Shown: positions 22,285 through 31,256 of the stretch, piece after piece
Position numbering within the stretch: position 1 is the stretch's first letter
Layout of the letters: the number at the start of each line of letters is the position of its first letter
Source: Bacteroidales bacterium
Lineage (GTDB): Bacteria > Bacteroidota > Bacteroidia > Bacteroidales > UBA7960
Length of the DNA: 40,388 nucleotides
Assembly: GCA_007122505.1 (NCBI GenBank)
Contig: SKTQ01000052.1
Span: 1 to 40,388, forward strand
Direction of reading: 5' to 3'
Program-made: the position numbers and the translations under genes
The notes under the pieces: generated by a model
Seen by the model: only the letters and a program-made list of their open reading frames with translations
What the model was told of the DNA's origin: nothing
Databases searched by the model: none

Positions 22285-23394
22285 TTACCTGGTAAAACGG
22301 TATGCAGCTTCTTCCATTTCTTTTACATTGCGGAAGGGCCGGGGTGGATTCAGATGTTTAGCCAAAAAACGATAGATCTCAAAACGGATATCGCGGCCGG
22401 CCCTGTGGTCCATCCTGTCGAATGAATGGCCGCCCGGTATGTCTTCATAGATGCGGTATTCGAAATCCTTGTTATGGGCCTTCAGCGTATTGATCAGGTT
22501 TTGCACTTCAAGCACATGCACATCTTCATCAATTGTGTTGGTATGAATAAGCAGGGGGATTTCCAATTTGTGGGCATGGTACACAGGCGACCGCCGCCTG
22601 TATTCCTCAATATTTTCGTGAACTGCCTGCCCGATATGGTGATCTGCGGCAAACCAATCCATTTCATAAGCCGGGCGTTTATACCCCATACGCGCAATCA
22701 GGTCACTAACGGGTACGCCGGCGAAAACCGCGCGATAATCTTTGGGGTGCTCGAAAGCATTCATCAATGAGATCATCCCACCATGACTCCAGCCAATGAG
22801 CCCCACACGCCGCCGATCCACAATGTCATAATTTTCCAGCATCAGCAGCATGCTTTCATGCACGTCATCATTTTCAAGACCGCCATAATCGATGCGTTTG
22901 TGCAATCCTTTTCCATAGCCTGTGCTGCCCCGGTATTCCGGTGCTACCACGATATATTGCTGCGCTATCAGCTCCCGGATAATGTGGGTATAATAGGTAT
23001 TGAAATCACCATGTACGCCACCGTGCGGAAACACCAGCAAAGGATACTTCTTCGATGGGTCAACATCTTTGGGAATAAAGACATAGGTCCAGAACTTGAC
23101 CGGGTTTTTATCATGAAGGGTGGTTGCCCTTTCAAAGCCCCTCGGTGGTGGTCCTGCCAGGAAGAGTTTGTCGATATAGGCCACATCTCCTACTACCTTG
23201 TGCCACATTACATCATCAATGGCTTTTTCCAAAATATCAAACCGATAGCGGAGATCCCGCAATTCCTCAAGGATAACCTGCTGGTTATTCAGCAATTCCT
23301 GATTCGAAACCTGCGCCACAGATGGTGTTGATATTAAGCCAAATACAACACCTATGGCAGATAATAAAACCAAGCTTTTCATAAAGTGACTCAT
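22285..23394 (-). CDS. Secreted alpha/beta-hydrolase, prolyl oligopeptidase (S9) family serine peptidase
   Basis: 369 aa. It has a signal peptide (MKSLVLLSAIGVVFGLISTPSVAQ), a nucleophile elbow GWSHGG, and a C-terminal DEDV...GGHSF acid/His context typical of S9 and dienelactone-hydrolase-like folds. Confidence 0.8.
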   Translation of the reverse strand: MSHFMKSLVLLSAIGVVFGLISTPSVAQVSNQELLNNQQVILEELRDLRYRFDILEKAIDDVMWHKVVGDVAYIDKLFLAGPPPRGFERATTLHDKNPVKFWTYVFIPKDVDPSKKYPLLVFPHGGVHGDFNTYYTHIIRELIAQQYIVVAPEYRGSTGYGKGLHKRIDYGGLENDDVHESMLLMLENYDIVDRRRVGLIGWSHGGMISLMNAFEHPKDYRAVFAGVPVSDLIARMGYKRPAYEMDWFAADHHIGQAVHENIEEYRRRSPVYHAHKLEIPLLIHTNTIDEDVHVLEVQNLINTLKAHNKDFEYRIYEDIPGGHSFDRMDHRAGRDIRFEIYRFLAKHLNPPRPFRNVKEMEEAAYRFTR

Positions 23395-23595
23395 AGCTGT
23401 ATGTTGTTAATGTAAATAGTTTAAAAAACCTTCCTTGTCATGTTTGAACCGTAAAGATATAAAGAATTTCAAAGTTGCTGAGCCTGCAAGGAAAGAGTCG
23501 CCGGGGGACGGACAAAAGATCATCGCAAGGATCATTCCTACCATAATATATAGTTGGAGTGATAATAGAAAGTCATCAGTGCCCATATAAATTCC

Positions 23596-23603
23596 TATCT
23601 TTG
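23596..23603 (+). promoter_or_regulatory. Orphan -7-like box (TATCTTTG) in the peptidase/helicase intergenic region
   Basis: Exact TAnnTTTG match 212 bp upstream of the helicase ATG and about 40 nt upstream of a 49-codon sORF (23644-23793). Confidence 0.3.
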
Positions 23604-23768
23604 CCAACGCAATAATTTATGTCGCATAATATATAACAGTGTGATGACATTGGTTGCTATTGTCCGAAGGCTGAGGAGCTTTCACCGCATGGTATTTCAA
23701 GACCGCAGCCGGGAGATATTCGGGCAATTATTGGCACAACTGCTATGCGGCATTACGTTAAAGGATTT

Positions 23769-23776
23769 TAAATTTG
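23769..23776 (+). promoter_or_regulatory. -7 box (TAAATTTG) for the helicase gene
   Basis: Exact TAnnTTTG match 40 nt upstream of the ATG at 23816. Confidence 0.5.
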
Positions 23777-23815
23777 CAGAGCTTCTCCCGTGAGCAGTGT
23801 TAGAATAACTTCTTT

Positions 23816-26134
23816 ATGATAGATTTTCTGAAAGATTTAAATGATTCACAGCAGCAAGCTGTTACTTCTGCAGAAGGGCCCTCAATGGTGATTGCCGGTG
23901 CAGGAAGCGGAAAAACAAGGGTTATCACTTACAGGGTGGCTTACCTGCTGCATAAAGGCGTGGCACCTTTCAGGATTCTCGCGCTCACCTTTACCAACAA
24001 GGCTGCCCGTGAGATGCGCGAACGTATCGCCGGCCTTGTTGATCCTTCTGCTGCCAAAAGCTTATGGATGGGGACATTTCACAGCATTTTCGCCCGAATA
24101 CTCAGGTCGGAAGCAGAAAAGCTGGATTATCCTTCTCATTTTACCATATACGATACTGAAGATTCCAAAAGAGTCATCAAAAAAATTGTAAAAGAGCAAA
24201 ACCTGGATGACAAAACCTACACCCCTGGCTATGTGTTGCACAGGATATCCAATGCCAAAAACAACCTGATCCCTGCCAAAGACTATCTCGGGGATGCTGA
24301 CATTCAAATGCATGATCGTCAAAACAGAAAACCACAAATTGGCCTGATCTACAGCATTTACCAGCAAAAGCTTCACAAAGCGGGCGCCATGGATTTTGAT
24401 GATCTGCTGTTCAATATGAACGTTCTGCTTAGGGATTTTCCGGAGGTTCTTTACAAATATCAGCGACGCTTTGAGTATATTCTTGTGGATGAATACCAGG
24501 ATACCAATTTCTCACAATACCTTATCATTAAGAAACTGGCGGCCAACAACGAAAATATTTGTGTGGTGGGCGACGATGCACAAAGCATTTATGCTTTCAG
24601 GGGGGCAAATATCCAGAACATTTTGAATTTTAAGCACGATTATGCCGACATGAAGCTTTTTAAGCTGGAGCAGAACTACCGTTCTACTGCCCATATCGTG
24701 TCGGCTGCCAACAGTGTGATAGCCCTCAACAAAGACCAGATCCGCAAAAAGATATGGACAAGCAACGAAGCCGGAGAAAAGATTCATATCATAGAAACGG
24801 CCAATGAAGGGGACGAAGCGTATGTAGTTGCAAACCGGATTTTTGAGTTGATTCAACAGCAGCGCTTACCCAATAGTGATTTTGCGGTATTATACCGCAC
24901 AAATGCTCAATCGAGAGCCATGGAAGAAGCGCTGCGCCGGTTAAACATCCCATACAGAATTTTCGGAAGTGTTTCCTTTTATCAAAGGAAAGAGATCAAA
25001 GACCTTTTGGCCTATTTCCGCCTGGTGATAAACCATCGCGACGAGGATGCACTATTGCGCATCATCAATTTCCCCGCAAGGGGAATTGGTTCAACCACCA
25101 CCGACAAGCTCATGGCCGCTGCAGGAGAAAGTGGAGCAACACTGTGGGAAGTAGTAAACGACCCAAAGGCTTTCGGGGTTAATGTACACAGCGGTACAAT
25201 GAATAAGCTGGCTGATTTTGTAACCATGATCAAAGCCTTTTCTGCAAGCCTGTTTACCATGAATGCCTATGAACTGGGTGAACGCATCGTCAACAAATCC
25301 GGTATTCGCAAGCTGTATTTTGAAGATGGCACACCTGAAAGTTTAAACCGGCGCGACAATATTGAAGAGTTGCTAACGGCTCTGAAAGATTTTGTTCTTT
25401 ATGAGGAAGAACCGGAAGCAGACAAATCGGCGCCCTCCCGGACACTGGATGAGTTTATGCAGGACATCGCACTGCTTACCGACGCCGACACCCAGAAAGA
25501 TACAACCGACGGTACAAATACCGTTTCCTTGATGACTATACATGCTGCAAAAGGCCTGGAATTTCCCTATGTTTTTATTACGGGGGTTGAGGAAAACCTG
25601 TTTCCATCACAGCTTTCCATCAACAGCCAGGCTGAACTCGAGGAGGAAAGGCGGCTTTTTTATGTGGCCATGACCCGCGCCATGAAGCTGGCCACGGTAA
25701 CCTATGCTGAAACCAGGTTCAGATACGGAAACTTCAATATGTGTGAACCCAGCCGTTTTATTGATGAGCTTGATCAAAAATTTGTTCATTATCTTACTCC
25801 TGCGGGCAGAAGGGCACGGAAGCAGATGTCTCGCGAAAGCTTTGCAGAAAGCCTGAGAAAATTTACCAGGATAAGCGGCAGCGATCAACAGTCCGACATT
25901 GCAGAGGAGCCGGCAGAGATAAATAAGCCGCCGGTTACGGCAGACGGCAATGAGTTTGCCATCCTGAATCCGGCTTCCCTGAAGGTTGATATGCAGGTGA
26001 AACATCAGCGTTTCGGGAATGGTGTGGTGGTCGCCCTTGAAGGCACCGGACAAAATGCAAAAGCTACAGTCCAGTTTGCCGGAGCCGGAAAGAAACAGCT
26101 GCTATTAAAATATGCCCGGCTAAAAATAGTTTAG
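23816..26134 (+). CDS. ATP-dependent DNA helicase, UvrD/PcrA/Rep (SF1A) family
   Basis: 772 aa. Motif I AGAGSGKT, motif II DEYQDTN, motif III VGDDAQSIYAFRGA, motif IV QNYRS, TIHAAKGLEF, and a C-terminal Tudor-like VKHQRFGNGVVV segment. Confidence 0.93.
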   Translation: MIDFLKDLNDSQQQAVTSAEGPSMVIAGAGSGKTRVITYRVAYLLHKGVAPFRILALTFTNKAAREMRERIAGLVDPSAAKSLWMGTFHSIFARILRSEAEKLDYPSHFTIYDTEDSKRVIKKIVKEQNLDDKTYTPGYVLHRISNAKNNLIPAKDYLGDADIQMHDRQNRKPQIGLIYSIYQQKLHKAGAMDFDDLLFNMNVLLRDFPEVLYKYQRRFEYILVDEYQDTNFSQYLIIKKLAANNENICVVGDDAQSIYAFRGANIQNILNFKHDYADMKLFKLEQNYRSTAHIVSAANSVIALNKDQIRKKIWTSNEAGEKIHIIETANEGDEAYVVANRIFELIQQQRLPNSDFAVLYRTNAQSRAMEEALRRLNIPYRIFGSVSFYQRKEIKDLLAYFRLVINHRDEDALLRIINFPARGIGSTTTDKLMAAAGESGATLWEVVNDPKAFGVNVHSGTMNKLADFVTMIKAFSASLFTMNAYELGERIVNKSGIRKLYFEDGTPESLNRRDNIEELLTALKDFVLYEEEPEADKSAPSRTLDEFMQDIALLTDADTQKDTTDGTNTVSLMTIHAAKGLEFPYVFITGVEENLFPSQLSINSQAELEEERRLFYVAMTRAMKLATVTYAETRFRYGNFNMCEPSRFIDELDQKFVHYLTPAGRRARKQMSRESFAESLRKFTRISGSDQQSDIAEEPAEINKPPVTADGNEFAILNPASLKVDMQVKHQRFGNGVVVALEGTGQNAKATVQFAGAGKKQLLLKYARLKIV

Positions 26135-26175
26135 CTTAATGGTGTGCATACAACATATTATTGATAATTATTCGT

Positions 26176-26183
26176 TACCTTTG
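26176..26183 (+). promoter_or_regulatory. -7 box (TACCTTTG) for the DUF4290-murA unit
   Basis: Exact TAnnTTTG match inside the track's TTG-initiated N-terminal extension. This argues for the ATG at 26290 as the true start. Confidence 0.45.
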
Positions 26184-26289
26184 CAGTGATTTAACAACGG
26201 ATACCCGTGGGTACACCAGCCACCTTTCCAACCTGAACCAACCCACATACATCCCGAGTATTATATATCAAAAAACATATAACAAACCC

Positions 26290-26916
26290 ATGGAGTATAA
26301 TACTTCCCGCTCTAAAATGAATATTTCGGAATATGGCCGGAATATTCAAAAAATGATAGAATACATCATGTCTGTTGAAGACAAGGAAAAGCGCAATCAA
26401 CTTGCCCGCGCTACCATCAATGTGATGGGACAACTGAACCCCCACCTGCGCGATGTGAATGATTTCAAGCATAAGTTATGGGATCATTTGTTTATCATGT
26501 CGGATTTTAAGCTGGATGTTGACTCACCTTACCCCGTGCCATCGCCCGAAACGTTATCACGTAAACCCGAACCACTGGATTACAGCTCAAACAATGTTAC
26601 GTTCAAGCATTATGGAAGGCATATTGAGCGTATCATTGAAAAAGCATGTGAGTTGGAAGACGGCCATATGAAAGACACGCTTATTAATTTGATTGCCAAT
26701 CATCTGAAAAAATCCTACCTTACCTGGAATCGTGATGCCGTAACCGATGAAGAGATTGCCAAGCATCTTGAGATTCTTTCCTCCGGGAAATTAAGTCTCC
26801 AGAAAGATGTTAAGCTCCACGAGACCAGCGACATTCTTTCAAAGAATAAGAAGAAGAAGTTTCCAAGCAAACATATCGGTGCAAAAAATTACCCGCACAA
26901 AAGCAGGAAGAATTAA
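26290..26916 (+). CDS. DUF4290 domain-containing protein
   Basis: MEYNTSRSKMNISEYGRNIQKMIEYI...HLRDVNDFKHKLWDHLFIMSDFKLDVDSPYP matches my recollection of the Bacteroidota DUF4290 family, which typically precedes murA. Family assignment is from memory, not a search. Confidence 0.75.
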   Translation: MEYNTSRSKMNISEYGRNIQKMIEYIMSVEDKEKRNQLARATINVMGQLNPHLRDVNDFKHKLWDHLFIMSDFKLDVDSPYPVPSPETLSRKPEPLDYSSNNVTFKHYGRHIERIIEKACELEDGHMKDTLINLIANHLKKSYLTWNRDAVTDEEIAKHLEILSSGKLSLQKDVKLHETSDILSKNKKKKFPSKHIGAKNYPHKSRKN

Positions 26917-26999
26917 TCCGGCACCGGCTTCTGAATTTCATATTTCCGGCCACATGGCACGCTGTTTTTTCTATTCATAAACATCAAACCAACAGAAAA

Positions 27000-28304
27000 A
27001 TGAGTTCTTTTTTGATCAATGGCGGAAAGCAGCTGAAAGGTGAAATTATTCCGCAAGGCGCCAAAAATGAGGCTCTACAGGTGATCTGTGCCACACTCTT
27101 AACAGATGATGAAGTTGTGGTGGAAAATGTTCCAAAAATCCGGGATGTACTGAAGCTCATAGAGTTGCTTTCCGATTTTGGTGTGAAAGTAGTCAATTTG
27201 TCGGATAATGTTTACAGCTTTCGTGCTGATGAGGTAAACATTGATCTCCTTTATGATGAAGATTTCCGAAAGAAGGTTGCCCAGCTGCGCGGGTCGGTCA
27301 TGATCGTTGGTCCTTTGCTTGCCCGGTTTGGCAAAGCCTCCATCCCCAAACCCGGTGGTGACAAAATCGGCCGCAGACGGCTTGACACTCATTTCCTGGG
27401 ACTGGAAAAGCTGGGTGCCCGTTTTCATTATGACAAACAGAGTTCATTTTATCACATAGAAGGAAATGAGCTCCGGGGATGTTATATTTTGCTGGACGAA
27501 GCTTCCGTAACCGGTACTGCGAATGTTGTAATGGCAGCAACACTGGCAAGAGGTACCACTACCATTTACAATGCCGCCTGCGAACCATACATCCAGCAGT
27601 TGTGCAAGATGCTCAACAATATGGGTGCCATGATTTCGGGAATCGGGTCAAACCTGTTGACCATACAAGGGGTTGACAGCCTCGGCGGATGCAGGCACCG
27701 CATGCTTCCTGACATGATTGAGATCGGCAGTTTTATAGCAATGGCAGCCATGACACGGTCCGAAATCACCATCAGAGAAGTGGCTTATGACCAACTGGGA
27801 GTGATACCAGATGTTTTCAGAAAACTGGGCGTGGTTCTCGAGAGGCGCGGAGAAGATCTGTTTATTCCCGCCCTCGAAAGTTATGAGGTAGACACCTACA
27901 TTGACGGAAGCATCCTTACCATCAGCGATGCACCCTGGCCGGGTTTTTCCCCCGATTTGCTGAGTGCTGTTCTGGTGCTTGCCACACAAGCCAAAGGCAG
28001 TGTTCTGGTGCATCAGAAAATGTTTGAGAGCAGGCTGTTCTTTGTGGATAAACTGATTGATATGGGTGCCCAGATCATTTTGTGCGATCCGCACCGTGCC
28101 ACAGTGATCGGTCTTGACAGAAAATATCCCCTGAAACCTCTTGAAATGGTATCTCCGGATATCCGCGCCGGAGTTGCCCTGCTGATTGCCGCCCTGAGCG
28201 CCGAAGGCAAGAGTATCATCCATAATATTGAACAAATTGACAGGGGTTACCAGTTTATCGAAGAAAGGCTTGGAAAGCTTGGCGCAGACATCCAAAGATT
28301 ATAA
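27000..28304 (+). CDS. murA: UDP-N-acetylglucosamine 1-carboxyvinyltransferase
   Basis: 434 aa; GAKNEALQVICATLL, PGGDKIGRRRLD active-site loop, two-domain MurA/EPSP fold length. Confidence 0.95.
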   Translation: MSSFLINGGKQLKGEIIPQGAKNEALQVICATLLTDDEVVVENVPKIRDVLKLIELLSDFGVKVVNLSDNVYSFRADEVNIDLLYDEDFRKKVAQLRGSVMIVGPLLARFGKASIPKPGGDKIGRRRLDTHFLGLEKLGARFHYDKQSSFYHIEGNELRGCYILLDEASVTGTANVVMAATLARGTTTIYNAACEPYIQQLCKMLNNMGAMISGIGSNLLTIQGVDSLGGCRHRMLPDMIEIGSFIAMAAMTRSEITIREVAYDQLGVIPDVFRKLGVVLERRGEDLFIPALESYEVDTYIDGSILTISDAPWPGFSPDLLSAVLVLATQAKGSVLVHQKMFESRLFFVDKLIDMGAQIILCDPHRATVIGLDRKYPLKPLEMVSPDIRAGVALLIAALSAEGKSIIHNIEQIDRGYQFIEERLGKLGADIQRL

Positions 28305-28414
28305 AACCTGACAAAATGGCTTTTTTTATTTTGTGGCAAAGCTTTTGATGAGCTCTGCAAAGCCTTTTTATTTGATGATAATGAAGATAATGTAGAAGAT
28401 AACAACACGAGGGC

Positions 28415-29050
28415 ATGTCAAAAAAAGAGAAAACAAAAAAAGAAAAAGATAAGGAAAAGGATGCACAGATTCCTGATTCACCTGAAAATGAGAATACTGC
28501 AGATCAGGCTACAGAGGATGCATCCTGCCAAAGTGAGAATAATATGCAGGATGACAGCATGGAGAGCGACAAAATTGCCGTTTATGAACAAACCATAGTG
28601 GAATTGCAAGGCAAACTGGACGAGGCAAACGACAAATTTCTGCGTTTGTTTTCCGAGTTCGACAATTACCGCAAACGAGTTACCAGGGAAAGGATTGAGC
28701 TATCGAAGACGGCCTCAGAAAATATTATCGTTTCCCTGCTCCCAGTATTGGATGATTTGGAAAGGGCAAGCCGAACTGTTCAGAACAAGCAGGTAAAAGA
28801 TGGCAAAGATCATGCGGATGGCGAAGGTATTTTGCTGATATACAACAAGTTTAAAAGCATACTAAAACAGAAGGGCGTAGAGGAAATACCTGCTGAGGGG
28901 CATGATTTTGATACGGATTATCATGAAGCCATCACCCATATGCCTGCACCGGAAGAAGCGATGAAAGGCAAAGTGATGGAGGAAGTGCAGAAAGGTTATA
29001 TGCTAAACGGCAAAGTAATCAGGTATGCCAGGGTGGTTGTTGCCAGTTGA
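28415..29050 (+). CDS. grpE: Nucleotide exchange factor GrpE
   Basis: 211 aa. Acidic N-terminal region, coiled coil (KFLRLFSEFDNYRKR) and a C-terminal beta domain (GYMLNGKVIRYARVVV). Confidence 0.93.
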   Translation: MSKKEKTKKEKDKEKDAQIPDSPENENTADQATEDASCQSENNMQDDSMESDKIAVYEQTIVELQGKLDEANDKFLRLFSEFDNYRKRVTRERIELSKTASENIIVSLLPVLDDLERASRTVQNKQVKDGKDHADGEGILLIYNKFKSILKQKGVEEIPAEGHDFDTDYHEAITHMPAPEEAMKGKVMEEVQKGYMLNGKVIRYARVVVAS

Positions 29051-29098
29051 TGCCTGCATCATTCATTCAGGCATTGTTATGCCAATACAAGAATAGAT

Positions 29099-30259
29099 AT
29101 GTCGAAAAGAGATTATTACGAAGTTCTTGGTGTTTCGCGTGATGCCAAAGCGGAGGAAATTAAAAAAGCCTATCGCAAAAAGGCATTGCAATACCATCCT
29201 GATAAAAATCCCGGAGATCCTACGGCTGAGGCCAAATTCAAGGAAGCGGCCGAAGCCTATGAAGTATTGAGAGATCCCGACAAAAAGGCCAGATATGATC
29301 AGTACGGTCATGCAGGTGTGGGTAACAACTTCGGGGGAAGCGGTTTTGGTGGTGGTATGACCATGGAGGATATTTTCAGCCAGTTTGGAGATATTTTCGG
29401 TGGTGCATTTGGTGGTGGTTTTAGTGGCTTTGGCGGCGCAGGAAGCCGCAGAAGCGGCAGGCGCGTAAACCGGGGATCGAATCTGCGCATCAAGGTAAAG
29501 CTCACACTGGAGGACGTTTTGAAAGGTGCCGAGAAAAAGATCAAAGTGAGCAAGTACGTGGCCTGTTCGCCATGTAAAGGCAGCGGAGCCAAAGAAGGCA
29601 ATGCTTTTAGTACCTGTTCCACATGTAATGGCGCCGGACGCGTAACCCGTGTAACAAACACTTTTCTGGGACAGATGCAAACCACCTCCACCTGCCCCAG
29701 TTGCAGTGGCGAAGGTCAAACCATTCAGGATAAATGCTCTTCATGCTACGGCAATGGCATTGTGAAAGACAGCGAAGTGATCAGTATCAATATACCGCCC
29801 GGGGTTGAAGAAGGCATGCAACTGTCGCTCAGCGGAAAGGGAAATGCTGCTCCCAGGGGAGGCATTCCGGGTGACCTTATCGTACTGGTGGAAGTGGAGC
29901 AGCATGAAAAGCTGATCCGTGACGGTATGAACCTTTTGTATGACCATTACATAAGCTTCCCCGATGCTGCACTGGGCACCGGTATTGAAGTTCCCACACT
30001 GGAGGGGAAAGCACGAATAAAGATTGAACCCGGCACCCAGTCTGGCAAAGTGCTCCGGCTGAAAGGAAAGGGACTTCCCTCAGTAAATGCCTATGGCCGG
30101 GGTGACCTGCTTGTCAACATCAACGTGTGGACACCCCAGAAACTCACCAATGCCGAAAAAGAAGCACTGACCGACATGCAGCAGTCTGAGAATTTTACGC
30201 CGAATCCCAAAAAGAGTGACAAAAGTTTTTTTGAACGCATGAAAGACGTGTTTAACTAA
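29099..30259 (+). CDS. dnaJ: Molecular chaperone DnaJ
   Basis: J domain with HPDKN, a G/F-rich linker, and four CxxCxGxG zinc motifs ([32 protein letters not shown]). Confidence 0.96.
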   Translation: MSKRDYYEVLGVSRDAKAEEIKKAYRKKALQYHPDKNPGDPTAEAKFKEAAEAYEVLRDPDKKARYDQYGHAGVGNNFGGSGFGGGMTMEDIFSQFGDIFGGAFGGGFSGFGGAGSRRSGRRVNRGSNLRIKVKLTLEDVLKGAEKKIKVSKYVACSPCKGSGAKEGNAFSTCSTCNGAGRVTRVTNTFLGQMQTTSTCPSCSGEGQTIQDKCSSCYGNGIVKDSEVISINIPPGVEEGMQLSLSGKGNAAPRGGIPGDLIVLVEVEQHEKLIRDGMNLLYDHYISFPDAALGTGIEVPTLEGKARIKIEPGTQSGKVLRLKGKGLPSVNAYGRGDLLVNINVWTPQKLTNAEKEALTDMQQSENFTPNPKKSDKSFFERMKDVFN

Positions 30260-30273
30260 AACCTGAAAAATCT

Positions 30274-31206
30274 ATGGAATATTTGCTGCGAGCCGAACAC
30301 GTCACGAAGGAATATGCAAGGCATCGTGCACTCAGCAACGTTAGCATGCATGTGCCCGAGCAAAGCATTTTTGGTCTGTTGGGCCCCAATGGTGCCGGTA
30401 AAACAACCCTCATCAGAATTATCAACCAGATTATCGGTGCCGATGAAGGCAGCATCTGGTTCAACAATGAGGTTCTGAAACCCAAGCATGTGCATGAGAT
30501 TGGTTACCTCCCTGAAGAACGCGGCCTTTACAAAAAGATGAAAGTGGGTGAACAGGCATTGTATTTAACTAGGCTAAAAGGACTCAAGGGGCATGAAGCA
30601 CGAAAAAAACTGAAAGAGTGGTTTGAGCGTTTTGAATTGACGCCATGGTGGGATAAAAAAGTAGAAGAATTATCCAAAGGGATGCAACAAAAGGTACAAT
30701 TCATCATCACCGTTCTGCACAATCCCCGCCTCCTAATTTTTGATGAGCCTTTTAGCGGCTTCGATCCAATCAATGTCAATATCCTCAAGGAAGAAATCCT
30801 GAACCTGCGGCGCAACGGTTCAACCATCATCTTTTCGACACACAATATGGGTTCAGTGGAGGAGTTGTGTGACAATATAGCACTGATCAATAAATCAGAA
30901 AAAATCCTGGAAGGAGAAGTGCACCAGATAAAAAAAGCATTCAAAAGCATGATTTATGAGGCAGAAGTAGATCAGTTGCAAAAACCTTTGACAGAGATCC
31001 TGGACAGGCGGTTTACCCTGATCCGCAGCGAAAAACAAAACGGAATAATGACAATCAGGGTGCAAATCAACGGACACAGTACCACAAACGATCTGATCGA
31101 AGCCTTGCTGCCCGCTGCCCAGGTTCTTTCTTTCAAGGAACTAACACCAAGCATGAACGACATTTTCATCAAAAAGGTCACCGGAAAGTTTCCACTGGAA
31201 AAATAG
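30274..31206 (+). CDS. ABC transporter ATP-binding protein (ABC-2 / NatA-like)
   Basis: Walker A GPNGAGKTT, signature LSKGMQQK, Walker B LLIFDEP, plus an extra C-terminal domain of about 90 aa. Confidence 0.9.
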   Translation: MEYLLRAEHVTKEYARHRALSNVSMHVPEQSIFGLLGPNGAGKTTLIRIINQIIGADEGSIWFNNEVLKPKHVHEIGYLPEERGLYKKMKVGEQALYLTRLKGLKGHEARKKLKEWFERFELTPWWDKKVEELSKGMQQKVQFIITVLHNPRLLIFDEPFSGFDPINVNILKEEILNLRRNGSTIIFSTHNMGSVEELCDNIALINKSEKILEGEVHQIKKAFKSMIYEAEVDQLQKPLTEILDRRFTLIRSEKQNGIMTIRVQINGHSTTNDLIEALLPAAQVLSFKELTPSMNDIFIKKVTGKFPLEK

Positions 31207-31256
31207 AATTTTGATTTGAGCAAGTCTAAACCGTTTAATACCAACACTGCATAAAA

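Noticed and set aside
23407-23607. 66-aa minus-strand ORF in the peptidase/helicase intergenic region
   Set aside because: It starts at a TTG that is simply the reverse complement of the plus-strand TATCTTTG box. I found no promoter motif or family resemblance, so support is too weak to call.
26161-26289. N-terminal extension of the DUF4290 ORF (TTG start at 26161)
   Set aside because: The extension contains the TACCTTTG -7 box and has non-protein-like composition. The conserved family sequence begins at the ATG at 26290.
26955-26970. TGGCACG upstream of murA, resembling a sigma-54 -24 element
   Set aside because: The -12 position reads TTTTT instead of TTGC, so the GC dinucleotide is missing at the required spacing. 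Other TGGCAC occurrences (near 23733, 35327, and the minus strand at ~915) also fail the GG-N10-GC spacing or lie inside CDSs.
27648-28295. 215-aa ORF antisense to murA
   Set aside because: It lies entirely inside a full-length MurA gene and has no recognisable motifs. It is a typical antisense shadow ORF.
28305-28414. Possible murA terminator / grpE promoter (gcaaagc direct repeat, GCTTT...AAAGC hairpin followed by TTTTTATTTG)
   Set aside because: The stem is only 5 bp with a 13-nt loop, and there is no exact TAnnTTTG. The evidence is too weak to annotate.
29063-29719. 218-aa ORF antisense to dnaJ (also 29308-29691)
   Set aside because: It is a shadow of the Gly/Phe-rich and Cys-repeat region of an unambiguous DnaJ gene, with a low-complexity Ala/Gly/Thr/Pro translation.
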